Source: Bacteroidia bacterium
GTDB taxonomy: Bacteria; Bacteroidota; Bacteroidia; NS11-12g; UBA9320
Direction of reading: 5' to 3'
DNA: 64,000 nucleotides
Assembly (NCBI GenBank): GCA_020849295.1
Contig: JADLGN010000009.1
Location: 51,705-115,704 of the forward strand
Shown: positions 38,967-49,322 of the stretch, piece by piece
Numbering within the stretch: the first letter of the stretch is position 1
How the letters are laid out: the number at the start of each line of letters is the position of its first letter
Translations under genes and position numbers: made by a program
Notes under the pieces: generated by a model
What the model saw: the letters and a program-made list of their open reading frames with translations, nothing else
What the model was told of the DNA's origin: nothing
Databases searched by the model: none

Positions 38967-40148
38967 ATGAAAAAAATTATTTATTTAATTTTTGTTTTTT
39001 TAACTACCATTTATGCTTGTAATGATAAAAGTTCTGAAAACAAATCAAAATCTGACTCTTATTACACATGCCCTATGCATCCATCTGTAGAAAGTAATAA
39101 TCCAGGCTCGTGCCCTGTATGTAATATGTCTTTAATAAAGGTAAACAGAAAAGATATTGACGGAAAATTACCAAAAGGAAATTTTATTACTCTTGACAGT
39201 AGAAGTCTTAAATTGGCAGGAGTAAAACTTGATACTATTAAATTTTCAAACATTTCAAACTCTGAGTTTATTACAGGAATTACAGTACAAGACCCAGAAA
39301 AGACATATAGTGTAAATGCCCGAATTAGTGGTAGAATTGAAAATTTGTATGCAAATTTCAAAGGTTTTTATATTGAAAAAGGAAAATTGATATATAGCTT
39401 ATTCAGCGAAAAACTGATAGGACAGCAAAAAGAACTTATAGAATTATTGAAATATAAAGAAAAAGAAAGAAAAAACGACAAACTAACATTGGATATGATA
39501 GAATCTGCCAAAAACAGATTACTTACAAGCGGAATGTCAAACTCTCAAATTGATGAAATAATTATTAGAACAAAAATTATTAAATATATTAATTTTTATG
39601 CTGCCGAAAGCGGATATATAAGTAAATTGAATGTAAAGGAAAATATGTATGTGGAAGAAGGACAAGAAATATTTACTTACAACTCTCAAAATACCCTTTG
39701 GGTAGAAGCAAAATTGTTTGACGATAAAAACTTTTCTACCGAGCAAAACAAAATATATAGCATTTTGCCCATTAGCAATCCTAATAAAAAATACAATGGA
39801 GTGCTAATAATTGCCGAACCACAAGTTGCTGATGGCAAAAGGTATTCATTACTTAAAATTAAAATTGACAATACTGATAAAAAACTTGTAGAAGGAATGC
39901 AAGTAAAAGTTTTTGTAAGTAAAAATGAAAATAACTCAAAAATTGTAATATCAAAATCTGCAATTATTAATGGAAAAGTAAAATATATTTGGAAACTTGC
40001 TCACGACAATACTTTTGAGCAAGTAGAAATAATTACCGGCAAAGAAAATGAAAAAAATATTGAAATTTTGAAAGGAATAACTCATGGTGATATTATAATT
40101 ACAAATGGAGCATATCTTGTTAATAGTGAATTTTTATTGAAAAAATAA
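38967..40148 (+). CDS. CusB-like RND adaptor (MFP) with N-terminal heavy-metal-binding domain, paralogue 2
   Basis: Lipobox (IYAC), HMBD motif YYTCPMHPSVESNNPGSCPVCNMSL, then the MFP core. Confidence 0.8.
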   Translation: MKKIIYLIFVFLTTIYACNDKSSENKSKSDSYYTCPMHPSVESNNPGSCPVCNMSLIKVNRKDIDGKLPKGNFITLDSRSLKLAGVKLDTIKFSNISNSEFITGITVQDPEKTYSVNARISGRIENLYANFKGFYIEKGKLIYSLFSEKLIGQQKELIELLKYKEKERKNDKLTLDMIESAKNRLLTSGMSNSQIDEIIIRTKIIKYINFYAAESGYISKLNVKENMYVEEGQEIFTYNSQNTLWVEAKLFDDKNFSTEQNKIYSILPISNPNKKYNGVLIIAEPQVADGKRYSLLKIKIDNTDKKLVEGMQVKVFVSKNENNSKIVISKSAIINGKVKYIWKLAHDNTFEQVEIITGKENEKNIEILKGITHGDIIITNGAYLVNSEFLLKK

Positions 40149-40282
40149 TATTAATTGTAAAACATGAATTATCTTGTAAGCTTTAAAAATAAAATTATTT
40201 TGATGGTTAATTTAAGCACTTTTATAATATGTAAAACACATCAGAACAATTTTTTTATTCTCAATATAAGATAATTATAAAA

Positions 40283-40310
40283 TATTTTTATATTTTTATA
40301 TTTTTATATT
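40283..40310. repeat. (TATTTTTA)x3 tandem repeat in the promoter region of the secreted-protein operon
   Basis: Direct reading, about 20 nt upstream of the ATG at 40332, inside a near-pure A/T stretch. Confidence 0.75.
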
Positions 40311-40331
40311 TGCATTTTAATATTTATAATT

Positions 40332-40754
40332 ATGAAAACTATTCTTTATTTATTATTATTTTTTTATTCTAGTTTTGTTTCCTCTAAATCAAACACAATT
40401 AATCAGCAAAGACCAGTAACAGTTACAATTGAAGTAAAAGGAGGATTTATTAGGACTGATAGATGGGAAGACCCGTCAACTTGTCGTACATTTGATAGAA
40501 TAATTTGCGACCCAACCTATGCTAACTCCATTTGCTATACAATAACTTACACTTATGATGATGGTACAATAGCTACCAATGGATTAGGGCTTGATGAGGG
40601 TCAACATCAATATCCAATTTATGTTAAATTAATTAAAAATGATGGACAGGTAATAAACGAAGGACTTGTATCTTTTTATGATTATACTTCAACTTTTGAA
40701 AATAATCATATTAACTCATTATACCAATTCACTTTTGAAAACTGTGGTAATTAA
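40332..40754 (+). CDS. hypothetical small secreted protein A (6 Cys in the mature part)
   Basis: Signal peptide MKTILYLLLFFYSSFVSS; mature part about 120 aa with paired Cys (STCRTFDRIICD, NSICYT, FENCGN). No recognisable domain. Confidence 0.5.
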   Translation: MKTILYLLLFFYSSFVSSKSNTINQQRPVTVTIEVKGGFIRTDRWEDPSTCRTFDRIICDPTYANSICYTITYTYDDGTIATNGLGLDEGQHQYPIYVKLIKNDGQVINEGLVSFYDYTSTFENNHINSLYQFTFENCGN

Positions 40755-40764
40755 TTATAAGTTT

Positions 40765-41178
40765 ATGAAAAATATTTTAACAATATTATTAATAGGATTT
40801 TTTTTTAATTGTTTTGCACAAAGCCCTGAGCAAAACACCGATGACACAAAGACTTATATAGAAAAGGGAGATTTTTTAGGAATTTATACCTCCCAATTAT
40901 CAAATGGTCAAACAGAGACAATTATTGCATGTCATTGTTCAGAAAATACTTGTTATACAGATACAACAAATCAAACATCTAATATTTCAAACATTAGTAA
41001 TATATTAACAGATGACTGTGTTGGCACATTAATTAAAACAATACAACCAGAAACTTTTATTCAAATAAGATTAGAAAATGGTACATTAATTTGTGAAGGA
41101 AAATTAATTAATTTTTCAAACAATCCTAATTCTACAAATTTGTTATATAGAAGTAGTAGTTTTATAATTGGTAATTAA
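40765..41178 (+). CDS. hypothetical small secreted protein B (6 Cys in the mature part)
   Basis: Signal peptide MKNILTILLIGFFFNCFAQ; Cys pattern IIACHCSENTCYTD...DDCVGT...LICEG. The ORF-track extension to 40666 overlaps gene A and is rejected. The stop overlaps the next start (TAATG). Confidence 0.5.
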   Translation: MKNILTILLIGFFFNCFAQSPEQNTDDTKTYIEKGDFLGIYTSQLSNGQTETIIACHCSENTCYTDTTNQTSNISNISNILTDDCVGTLIKTIQPETFIQIRLENGTLICEGKLINFSNNPNSTNLLYRSSSFIIGN

Positions 41179-42677
41179 TGAAATTTTTTATATTAAATAT
41201 ATTTGTTTTTTATATATTAAGTACAGCATTTTGTCAATCAACAATTCTCAATCCTAATGAAATTGATTTGATAAAAAGTATAACAAAAAACAATCAAAGC
41301 AAAATTAACTATTTTGTATTTATAGATAAGAATGATTGTTTTAATTGTACAATTGCTTCATCGTTATTAAAACAAGAATTAGACAGTTCAAGGGTTTATA
41401 TTTTATCAAACCAAATAGAAAAAAATGAATTAGATGACTATATTAACTTTTATCAATTAAGTAATTCTTTTAATTATGTATTTAGAGAAGAAATATTTAA
41501 AATATTTATCAAAAAAGCTGAACAACTATTTAAAGATAAATCTTTTATAGCCGAGGTTAATTCTTCGATTGTAACAATTATACCACTAAAAAAATTTAAT
41601 AGCCAAATGTCATTTGGAGATAAAATAGACATATCAAAAGAAAAAGTAGTTTTTAACAAAGGGCACTTTATAACCGCTATTACAAAATTTGCTTCATATG
41701 AAAAAGATTTCATAGCTTTTTCAAGTCCAAAAAGTTTGTTACATTATTTTTCATCTGATAGTATTCGCTCAAATATTTATCTTGATAGTAACATTTTAAA
41801 ACTAGCCTATAATTACATTATCATGCAGCAGCATGATTCAATAAAATTAAAGAATTCATTTACAAAAAGTATAGAAGTTTATAACAAGCAACTTTTAAAA
41901 TATGGATTTACATTATTTTCGGCTCAAAATTTTACAATATCAGATAATAAGTGTATTGCACTTTTACAAGTTTCAATGCCAATAAGTACATCATCAACAA
42001 ATATTGTTTTAGAAAAAGAATTATTTCTTGCAATAATAAATCTTAATAAATCAAATTACTGGAATATAAGTAAATTTACGCCTATTGATAATTCAAATTT
42101 ACCAAAAGGCAAAGTAATTTTTGCTTACAATTTCTTTTCATATAACCCAATTGATGAAACTTTTGAAGTCGGCTTTTATCAAGATTCAAATTTAATTAAA
42201 AATATAAATTACAATCAAATGCATTGTACATACAAAATTTTAAATGGTGTATATAGTAGTACAACAAAATGTATGAAAAGTTATCCTTCAGATGTTATTA
42301 CAAATTATACAACTTTACAAAACATTGCATTAATACACTATAGTGCTGAAAATAACAAAGTTAAATTTACTTACTTGCCAATAATAGTAAATAGCGATAC
42401 AAACATAATCTTGCCATTAAACCTTACAAAGGATGACTTATATCATAGTTTTGCTTCAGTTTCTATCGAAAATAAATTTTTAGATTTTTGTTCAATAAAT
42501 GGAGTTTATTATTTTATAATATATAAAGTAGCAAACAACAAGTACATAATTGAATCAATTAATAAAAAAGAAATAAAGGGGACTATACAATCAGTAGAAA
42601 AAGTTAATGATAGCTTTAACTACATAAGGTATGAAAATGGGTATTTTTATAAAAACAATATAAGTAATAAATTTTAA
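41178..42677 (+). CDS. hypothetical secreted protein C (499 aa) with an N-proximal CxxC (CFNC) motif
   Basis: Signal peptide MKFFILNIFVFYILSTAFCQ, with FVFIDKNDCFNCTIA resembling a thioredoxin-like CxxC. The rest has no recognisable domain. Translationally coupled to gene B. Confidence 0.5.
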   Translation: MKFFILNIFVFYILSTAFCQSTILNPNEIDLIKSITKNNQSKINYFVFIDKNDCFNCTIASSLLKQELDSSRVYILSNQIEKNELDDYINFYQLSNSFNYVFREEIFKIFIKKAEQLFKDKSFIAEVNSSIVTIIPLKKFNSQMSFGDKIDISKEKVVFNKGHFITAITKFASYEKDFIAFSSPKSLLHYFSSDSIRSNIYLDSNILKLAYNYIIMQQHDSIKLKNSFTKSIEVYNKQLLKYGFTLFSAQNFTISDNKCIALLQVSMPISTSSTNIVLEKELFLAIINLNKSNYWNISKFTPIDNSNLPKGKVIFAYNFFSYNPIDETFEVGFYQDSNLIKNINYNQMHCTYKILNGVYSSTTKCMKSYPSDVITNYTTLQNIALIHYSAENNKVKFTYLPIIVNSDTNIILPLNLTKDDLYHSFASVSIENKFLDFCSINGVYYFIIYKVANNKYIIESINKKEIKGTIQSVEKVNDSFNYIRYENGYFYKNNISNKF

Positions 42678-43011
42678 ATCGAAAGCAGCTTTGACTCCTC
42701 TTTAATAAACTGTGCTACTTTGTTTTCAAAATCATTAAATAACTTTATAGTATTTTTACCAGCATTGGTTATTACCGCACCACCTCCGCTTTTTCCTCCA
42801 AGTTTTTTTTCAACCAGTGGTATCTTTGCTCTATCATTCATTTCTTCTACCATTTGCCAAGCTTGGCGATACGACATTTTCATTGATTTTGCGGCATTTG
42901 AAATAGACCCTAACTCATCAATTTTCTGAAGCAATTCTACTCTACCTTTGCCTAAAAGTTTTTCATCACCCGAAAAAAACCAAATTCTAAAACTAACCGA
43001 TAATTTTTTAT
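42674..43011 (-). CDS. ModE-N-like winged-helix DNA-binding protein (molybdate-regulator N-terminal domain only)
   Basis: LLGKGRVELLQKIDELGSISNAAKSMKMSYRQAWQMVEEMN...GGKSGGGAVIT matches the ModE N-terminal wHTH signature. No TOBE domains. A TTG start at 43011 is proposed because the longer ORF has an implausible N-terminus. Confidence 0.6.
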
Positions 43012-43115
43012 TATTTGACAATGCTAAATTAATTAATAAGTTTAATAATTTGCAATTTATTCTATTTATACGCAAATTGAATAAAAAAAATAATATTTTT
43101 ACTTCATAATTTATA

Positions 43116-44084
43116 ATGAATTCTTTTTGGAAAAAAATCATAATCAATACTGTTCTTAAAAACAATAATTCTCCCAAAAAATATTATTCAAAATTTGCTT
43201 TAGCTAAAGCCCACAGAATATTATTAATTACAATAAATAGACATATTAAAGATGTTTTCCTTATATTAATCGGAGTTTTTTCAGCTTCTTTTGGTTTTAA
43301 GGGATTTCTTTTGACAAATAAATTTATTGATGGTGGTGCCACTGGCATTTCGTTACTTATTTCGGCATTATCAGATATACCGCTTTATATTTTAATAATA
43401 TTTGTAAATATTCCATTTATTTTACTAGCTATAAATGTAATGGGAAAACAGTTTGCAATAAAAACTTCATTATCAATTACTGCACTTGCTATAGTATTGG
43501 CTACTTTTAATTTTCCAAATGTTACAAACGACAATTTATTAGTTGCTGTATTTGGCGGTTTTTTTCTTGGTGCCGGTATTGGATTTGCCATTAGAGGAGG
43601 AGCCGTAATAGACGGGACAGAAGTACTTGCAATTTATTTAAGTCGAAAATTTGGAGTAACAATTGGCGATATTATCATAATAATTAATATCTTTATTTTT
43701 TCTGCAGCTGCATATTTTTTAGGTATCGAAAAGGCTTTGTACTCTATGATTACATATTTGGCAGCATCAAAAACTTTAGATTTTATTGTAGAAGGAATTG
43801 AAGAATATATTGGTGTTACAATTGTATCTGCACATTGCGATGAATTAAGAGTAATGATTACTAATAAACTTGGCAGGGGAATTACTGTTTACAACGGGAA
43901 AAGAGGATATGGCAAAAGAGGCGAGTCTTCTGATGTTGATATAATTTATACAGTAATAACAAGACTTGAACTTAATAAACTAAATACCGAAATTGAAAAG
44001 ATAGACCCTGTGGCTTTTGTAGTAATGAATAGCGTAAAAGACATTAAAGGTGGTATGATAAAAAAGCGACCACTTAGTAAATAA
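43116..44084 (+). CDS. YitT-family membrane protein with C-terminal DUF2179 domain
   Basis: Four or five TM helices (GGATGISLLI...) and a C-terminal soluble domain (...GRGITVYNGKRGYGK...DPVAFVV) typical of YitT/DUF2179. Confidence 0.7.
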   Translation: MNSFWKKIIINTVLKNNNSPKKYYSKFALAKAHRILLITINRHIKDVFLILIGVFSASFGFKGFLLTNKFIDGGATGISLLISALSDIPLYILIIFVNIPFILLAINVMGKQFAIKTSLSITALAIVLATFNFPNVTNDNLLVAVFGGFFLGAGIGFAIRGGAVIDGTEVLAIYLSRKFGVTIGDIIIIINIFIFSAAAYFLGIEKALYSMITYLAASKTLDFIVEGIEEYIGVTIVSAHCDELRVMITNKLGRGITVYNGKRGYGKRGESSDVDIIYTVITRLELNKLNTEIEKIDPVAFVVMNSVKDIKGGMIKKRPLSK

Positions 44085-44153
44085 ATATCTTTTTCAATAA
44101 GCATAAAATAAAAAAATAGAAAAAAGCTATTTTTAGTTGGGCTTTACAATTAT

Positions 44154-44161
44154 TAGTTTTG
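44154..44161 (+). promoter_or_regulatory. candidate -7 promoter element TAGTTTTG 7 nt upstream of the uvrA GTG start
   Basis: Matches the Bacteroidota -7 consensus TAnnTTTG and implies a near-leaderless transcript. Confidence 0.25.
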
Positions 44162-44168
44162 CAGATAA

Positions 44169-46985
44169 GTGTCAGCTCAAGAAAAATTCATAAAAATAAA
44201 AGGTGCAAAACTTCATAATTTAAAAAATATAGATGTAAATATTCCCCGAAATAAACTTGTTGTGGTTACTGGAGTTTCAGGTTCAGGAAAATCTACACTT
44301 GTATTTGATACACTTTTTGCCGAAGGACAAAGGCGATATGTAGAAAGTTTATCATCTTATGCCCGACAATTTCTTGGAAAACTTGAAAAACCCGAAGTAG
44401 ATAGTATAAGCGGACTTTCTCCTTCAATAGCAATAGAACAAAAAGTAAATACACGAAACCCAAGAAGCACAGTAGCAACAAGTACCGAAATTTATGAATA
44501 CCTAAAATTACTTTTTGCCCGTGCAGGACATACTTTTAGTCCTGTTAGCAACAAAGAAGTGAAATGTTTCGAAATTAAAGATGTTGTTAATTTTATAAAT
44601 TCTTTAGATGAAGAAAGTCAAATTTTAATTACTGTAAAGCTATCTGCATCTAAAGATTTGATAAGTAAAATAAGGACTTTAATGCAAAATGGGTTTACAA
44701 GAATTATGATAGACAATAGTCTTGTAAAAATTGAGGATGTATTAAAATCACCTAATGATTTTAAATTAAAAAATGTTTATCTGATTATTGATCGTCTTAT
44801 AATAGACAAAAATGAAACAATGGCTGATTCACGTATTGCCGACTCAGTAGAAACAGCTTTTTACGAAGGTCATGGTGAAATTGAAATAATTGTAAAACAC
44901 AATGATGTTCAACAAAAACATAACTTTTCAAATCGTTTTGAATTAGATGGAATTAAATTTGAAAAGCCCAGTGTAAATCTTCTTAGTTTTAATAATCCTT
45001 ATGGAGCATGTAAACGCTGCGAAGGTTTTGGTAATATAATAGGAATTGATGAAGATTTAGTAATTACAGACAAAAATTTATCATTTTACGAAGGTGCAGT
45101 TGTTCCATGGAGAAGTGAAGGAATGACCGAGTGGAAAAACAATTTTATAAAAAAATCAATAAATTATGATTTCCCAGTTCACAGGGCATACAATCAACTT
45201 ACAGAAAGAGAAAAACAACTATTGTGGAATGGTAATAATGAAATTGAAGGAATTTACAATTTCTTTAAATACATTGAAGAACAATCGTACAAAATTCAAT
45301 ACCGTGTAATGCTAAGCAAATACCGTGGTAAAACAGTATGTCCTGATTGCCGTGGTGTAAGGCTTCGCAAAGATGCTTCATACATAAAACTTGTAAATAA
45401 AAACAATATAAATCTCGATTTCATATTTAGTGGTAAATATGCATCAATAAATGATATTTTACTAATGCCGGTAGAAACAGCTTTTAATTATTTTGACAAA
45501 ATAAAACTGAATGACCATGATGAAAAAATTGCAAACAGACTGCTTTTGGAAATTAAAAACAGATTAAAATACTTACTTGATGTTGGGCTTGGATACCTTT
45601 CACTTAATAGATTAAGCAACAGTTTGAGCGGTGGAGAATCGCAAAGAATAAATCTTGCCACATCGCTTGGCAGCAGCCTTGTTGGCAGCACATATATTCT
45701 TGATGAACCAAGTATAGGGTTGCATCCGCGTGACACTGAAAAACTCATTCAAGTTTTACATAATCTTAAAAAATTAGGCAATTCAGTTATTATTGTAGAG
45801 CACGATGAAGAAATAATGAACTCATCAGATCATATAATTGATATAGGACCACGAGCAGGAACCCTTGGCGGAAAGGTTGTATTTGAAGGCCATTTTAATG
45901 AAATTTTCAAAAGTGATAGCTTAACAGGCAAATATCTTTCTGGTAAAATGAAAATTGAAACACCACTAAAAAGAAGAAGTTGGAGTAATTTTATAAAACT
46001 TGAAAAATGCAGTTTGAATAACTTGAAAAATATTGATGTTGTTTTTCCATTGAATATTATTACATGTGTAACCGGAGTAAGCGGAAGCGGAAAAACATCT
46101 TTAGTGAAAGGAATATTTTATCCGGCAATACAAAAGGCATCAGGAAATTTTACTAATCTTAAAACAGGCAAATTTGAAAATATTTCGGGTGATTTTAAAT
46201 CTATTAAATCAGTAGAATTAATAGACCAAAATCCAATAGGAAAATCAACAAGAAGCAATCCTGTAACATATATTAAGGCTTGGGATAGTATTCGCGATTT
46301 GTATTCAGAACAAGCATTAGCAAAAAGAAATGGCTTTAAGCCACAGCATTTTTCATTTAATGTTGACGGTGGGCGATGTGAGCAATGTAAGGGCGAAGGG
46401 GAAGAAACCATTGAAATGCAATTTATGGCTGATTTGCATATAACATGCGAGTCATGCAAGGGCCAAAAGTTTAAAAATGAAGTTTTAGAAATAACTTATA
46501 AAGGTAAAAATATTTACGAGATTTTATGCCTGACAATAGATGAAGCAATTGATTTTTTTGCCGACAAAGCAAATATTTCATTAAAACTAAAACCTTTGCA
46601 GGAAGTAGGACTTGGATATGTAAAACTTGGTCAAAGCAGTGCATCTCTTAGTGGCGGCGAAGCTCAAAGGGTAAAACTTGCATCTTTTCTTTCTGCAGGC
46701 AAAAACACTGAGCATGTAATGTTTATTTTTGATGAACCTACAACAGGACTTCATTTTAATGATATCGAAAAGTTATTAAAGTCTTTTAATTCATTAATTG
46801 CAAACGGACATACTGTAATAATAATTGAGCATAATATTGAAGTAATAAAATGTGCAGACTGGATAATAGATATAGGACCCGATGGTGGCGAAAACGGTGG
46901 AAATATAATATTTGAAGGGACCCCCGAATTATTAATAAAAACGAAAAACAGCCATACTGCAAAATTTCTAAAATCTAAACTTTAG
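44169..46985 (+). CDS. uvrA: excinuclease ABC subunit UvrA
   Basis: Two ABC ATPase modules (Walker [10 protein letters not shown] twice), zinc-finger CxxC clusters, 938 aa, GTG start. Confidence 0.95.
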   Translation: MSAQEKFIKIKGAKLHNLKNIDVNIPRNKLVVVTGVSGSGKSTLVFDTLFAEGQRRYVESLSSYARQFLGKLEKPEVDSISGLSPSIAIEQKVNTRNPRSTVATSTEIYEYLKLLFARAGHTFSPVSNKEVKCFEIKDVVNFINSLDEESQILITVKLSASKDLISKIRTLMQNGFTRIMIDNSLVKIEDVLKSPNDFKLKNVYLIIDRLIIDKNETMADSRIADSVETAFYEGHGEIEIIVKHNDVQQKHNFSNRFELDGIKFEKPSVNLLSFNNPYGACKRCEGFGNIIGIDEDLVITDKNLSFYEGAVVPWRSEGMTEWKNNFIKKSINYDFPVHRAYNQLTEREKQLLWNGNNEIEGIYNFFKYIEEQSYKIQYRVMLSKYRGKTVCPDCRGVRLRKDASYIKLVNKNNINLDFIFSGKYASINDILLMPVETAFNYFDKIKLNDHDEKIANRLLLEIKNRLKYLLDVGLGYLSLNRLSNSLSGGESQRINLATSLGSSLVGSTYILDEPSIGLHPRDTEKLIQVLHNLKKLGNSVIIVEHDEEIMNSSDHIIDIGPRAGTLGGKVVFEGHFNEIFKSDSLTGKYLSGKMKIETPLKRRSWSNFIKLEKCSLNNLKNIDVVFPLNIITCVTGVSGSGKTSLVKGIFYPAIQKASGNFTNLKTGKFENISGDFKSIKSVELIDQNPIGKSTRSNPVTYIKAWDSIRDLYSEQALAKRNGFKPQHFSFNVDGGRCEQCKGEGEETIEMQFMADLHITCESCKGQKFKNEVLEITYKGKNIYEILCLTIDEAIDFFADKANISLKLKPLQEVGLGYVKLGQSSASLSGGEAQRVKLASFLSAGKNTEHVMFIFDEPTTGLHFNDIEKLLKSFNSLIANGHTVIIIEHNIEVIKCADWIIDIGPDGGENGGNIIFEGTPELLIKTKNSHTAKFLKSKL

Positions 46986-46995
46986 CTTAAAATTT

Positions 46996-48297
46996 TCAAT
47001 CATTTTCTAATGCCGCTTTTCCTTCTTTCGCACCAATTCTTAGCAATAAGGCAAATCCGACAATAAATAGAATAATAAGAAATATTATTGACAAACGCAT
47101 ATTATGAGTAAGTCCTTCAATAAAACCAAAAAGGAAAACCCCTATTACAAGACCAATTTTTTCTGATACATCAAAAAAACTAAAATACGATGTATTGTCA
47201 GTAGTTGCTGGAATTAACTTAGAAAATGTACTTCTACTCATTGATTGAATTCCTCCCATTACAAAACCAACAATGCCTGCAAGAAAATAAAATTGAGTTT
47301 CGGTTTTTATAAAATAACCCAAAACACAAATTGTCATCCATACAAAAACAGTTATTTTTATAACACTAAAATTACCAATTTTTATAGATAATTTACTCAA
47401 CAACCATGCTCCTACTGCTCCTACTATTTGAATAATAATTACTGCTGCAATTAAACCTGATTTATCTTCACCTATAAAAATCTCTTTACTTGCAAAAGGC
47501 ACTGCAACAATCATCACAGTTTGCACTCCGCAATTGTAAACAAAATAAGAAAGTAGAAATTTTCTCATCACAAATTGTTCTTGTATTTCTTTAAAAACTT
47601 TTTTCAACTCTCTAAAACCATTTAAAATAGGATTTTTTATATTTTTTCTTACAACTGATTTTGGCAATCTAAAGTATGTAACCTGTGCAAAACCAATCCA
47701 CCACAACCCCACAAGTACAAACACATATCTTACATTAATTCCGAAAACCTTTATAGCTATAAGCGATGCAACAAGTAAAAGTGTACTTCCAATATATCCC
47801 ATGGTAAATCCTTTTGCACTTAGTTTGTCATGTAAATGCGGCTCTGCTATTTCAGGTAAATATGCATTGTAAAAAACCAGACTACCCCAAAAACCAACAC
47901 AAGCTGACATCACTACAAACATGCTCAATTCAAGTTGATTTGAATTGAAAAAATATAAACCCATGCAACTTACTGCACCTATGTAACAAAATAGCTTGAG
48001 AAAAAACTTTTTATTTCCCCAGTAGTCGGCTACCCCACTTAATATTGGCGTTGTAAAAACTACAATTAAATAAGCAAATGAAAAAACATAATTGTAAAGT
48101 TCAGTATTTATAAAATGAAATCCCCAAAAACTCACAACATCATTAATTTCTCCAGTAACACTATTTTTAAAAGTAGTTTGGTTTTGATAAAAAATAGGAA
48201 ATATTGCTGAAGCTATTACTAGGTTGTAAACAGAATTTGCCCAATCGTACATAGCCCAGCCATTCATTACTTTTGGGTTGTTCTTTTCAATAATCAT
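46996..48297 (-). CDS. MFS transporter (12 TM)
   Basis: Hydropathy pattern of 12 TM helices and MFS-like loop motifs. Substrate unknown. Confidence 0.7.
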   Translation of the reverse strand: MIIEKNNPKVMNGWAMYDWANSVYNLVIASAIFPIFYQNQTTFKNSVTGEINDVVSFWGFHFINTELYNYVFSFAYLIVVFTTPILSGVADYWGNKKFFLKLFCYIGAVSCMGLYFFNSNQLELSMFVVMSACVGFWGSLVFYNAYLPEIAEPHLHDKLSAKGFTMGYIGSTLLLVASLIAIKVFGINVRYVFVLVGLWWIGFAQVTYFRLPKSVVRKNIKNPILNGFRELKKVFKEIQEQFVMRKFLLSYFVYNCGVQTVMIVAVPFASKEIFIGEDKSGLIAAVIIIQIVGAVGAWLLSKLSIKIGNFSVIKITVFVWMTICVLGYFIKTETQFYFLAGIVGFVMGGIQSMSRSTFSKLIPATTDNTSYFSFFDVSEKIGLVIGVFLFGFIEGLTHNMRLSIIFLIILFIVGFALLLRIGAKEGKAALEND

Positions 48298-48471
48298 GAG
48301 CCAAAAGTAATATTTTTAGTTTAATTCAATTTTTTTTTTGAAAATTATTCATAAAGAATTTAATAAAAATCTGCCAATTTGTAACCATAAGGCAATAAGG
48401 AACGAAAATTGACGTTACTACACTTTGTATTTTATAAAAAAAAAGTTTAATTCGCACAACTCAAAAAAAAG

Positions 48472-49278
48472 ATGTTTAAAAAGTCAATAGCTTTAATTTT
48501 AATCAGTTTAACTTTTCAATCTTTTAAATCATCTGAAAATTTATTTAATAATTTTAAAAATAATACAATTTCAGAAAACTACATTGATATTAAAGCATCG
48601 ATTTTACCTAATGTTTCATTTGCTCTTACCCATGGAGATACTAATGCAATTATAAAACAAGATATTTTCAGCGAAGTAACTCAAAGCAAATTCGACGATT
48701 TTGATTTTAAAAAATGGAATGAAATAAATTTTGAAATTTTTTATCAAGCCTACAAAGGCTACAATGTAATGCTAAATGAAGGTATAATTTCAAATAGTAG
48801 ATATCTTACAATAATTAATTACGAAATATCATCAAACAAAAAAAGGCTTTGGGTGCTTGATATGCAAAAAAATAAAGTGATTATACACGATTTAGTTTCA
48901 CATGGCAAAAATAGTGGAGAAGAATATGCTCATATTTTCTCAAACTCACCCGAGAGTTTTAAAAGCAGCCTTGGATTTTTTGTTACAGGCAAACCATATT
49001 TAGGTAAAAACAATTATTCATTGAAACTGCACGGTGTTGAAGATGGAATTAATGACAATGCTTATGATAGAGGAATAGTAATACATGGGGCAGATTATGT
49101 AAGTACAAAATTTATTCGTTCACATAAGAGATTGGGTCGCAGCCAAGGTTGTCCTGCAGTATCAGAAAAATTAAATCCATGGTTAATCAACACTATTCAG
49201 GGAGGTTCTTGCGTGTTTGTATATTATCCTTCTGAAAAGTATTTTAGAATTTCTCCTATATTAAATTCTGAAATTTAA
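48472..49278 (+). CDS. murein L,D-transpeptidase catalytic-domain family protein (YkuD-like, secreted)
   Basis: Signal peptide and the catalytic His...Cys signature (IHGADYV...LGRSQGCPAVS). Confidence 0.65.
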   Translation: MFKKSIALILISLTFQSFKSSENLFNNFKNNTISENYIDIKASILPNVSFALTHGDTNAIIKQDIFSEVTQSKFDDFDFKKWNEINFEIFYQAYKGYNVMLNEGIISNSRYLTIINYEISSNKKRLWVLDMQKNKVIIHDLVSHGKNSGEEYAHIFSNSPESFKSSLGFFVTGKPYLGKNNYSLKLHGVEDGINDNAYDRGIVIHGADYVSTKFIRSHKRLGRSQGCPAVSEKLNPWLINTIQGGSCVFVYYPSEKYFRISPILNSEI

Positions 49279-49322
49279 AAGAAAATTTTCATAATTAATC
49301 TTTAAGTTTATATTTGCCATGA

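Noticed and set aside
40666-40764. ORF-track upstream extension of secreted protein B overlapping protein A
   Set aside because: The ATG at 40765 is followed by a textbook signal peptide (MKNILTILLIGFFFNCFAQ). The extension overlaps gene A out of frame.
44112-44135. AAAAATAG-n7-CTATTTTT hairpin after the YitT gene as a terminator
   Set aside because: The stem is A/T-only and too weak. It is not followed by a T-tract on the relevant strand and probably just reflects base composition.
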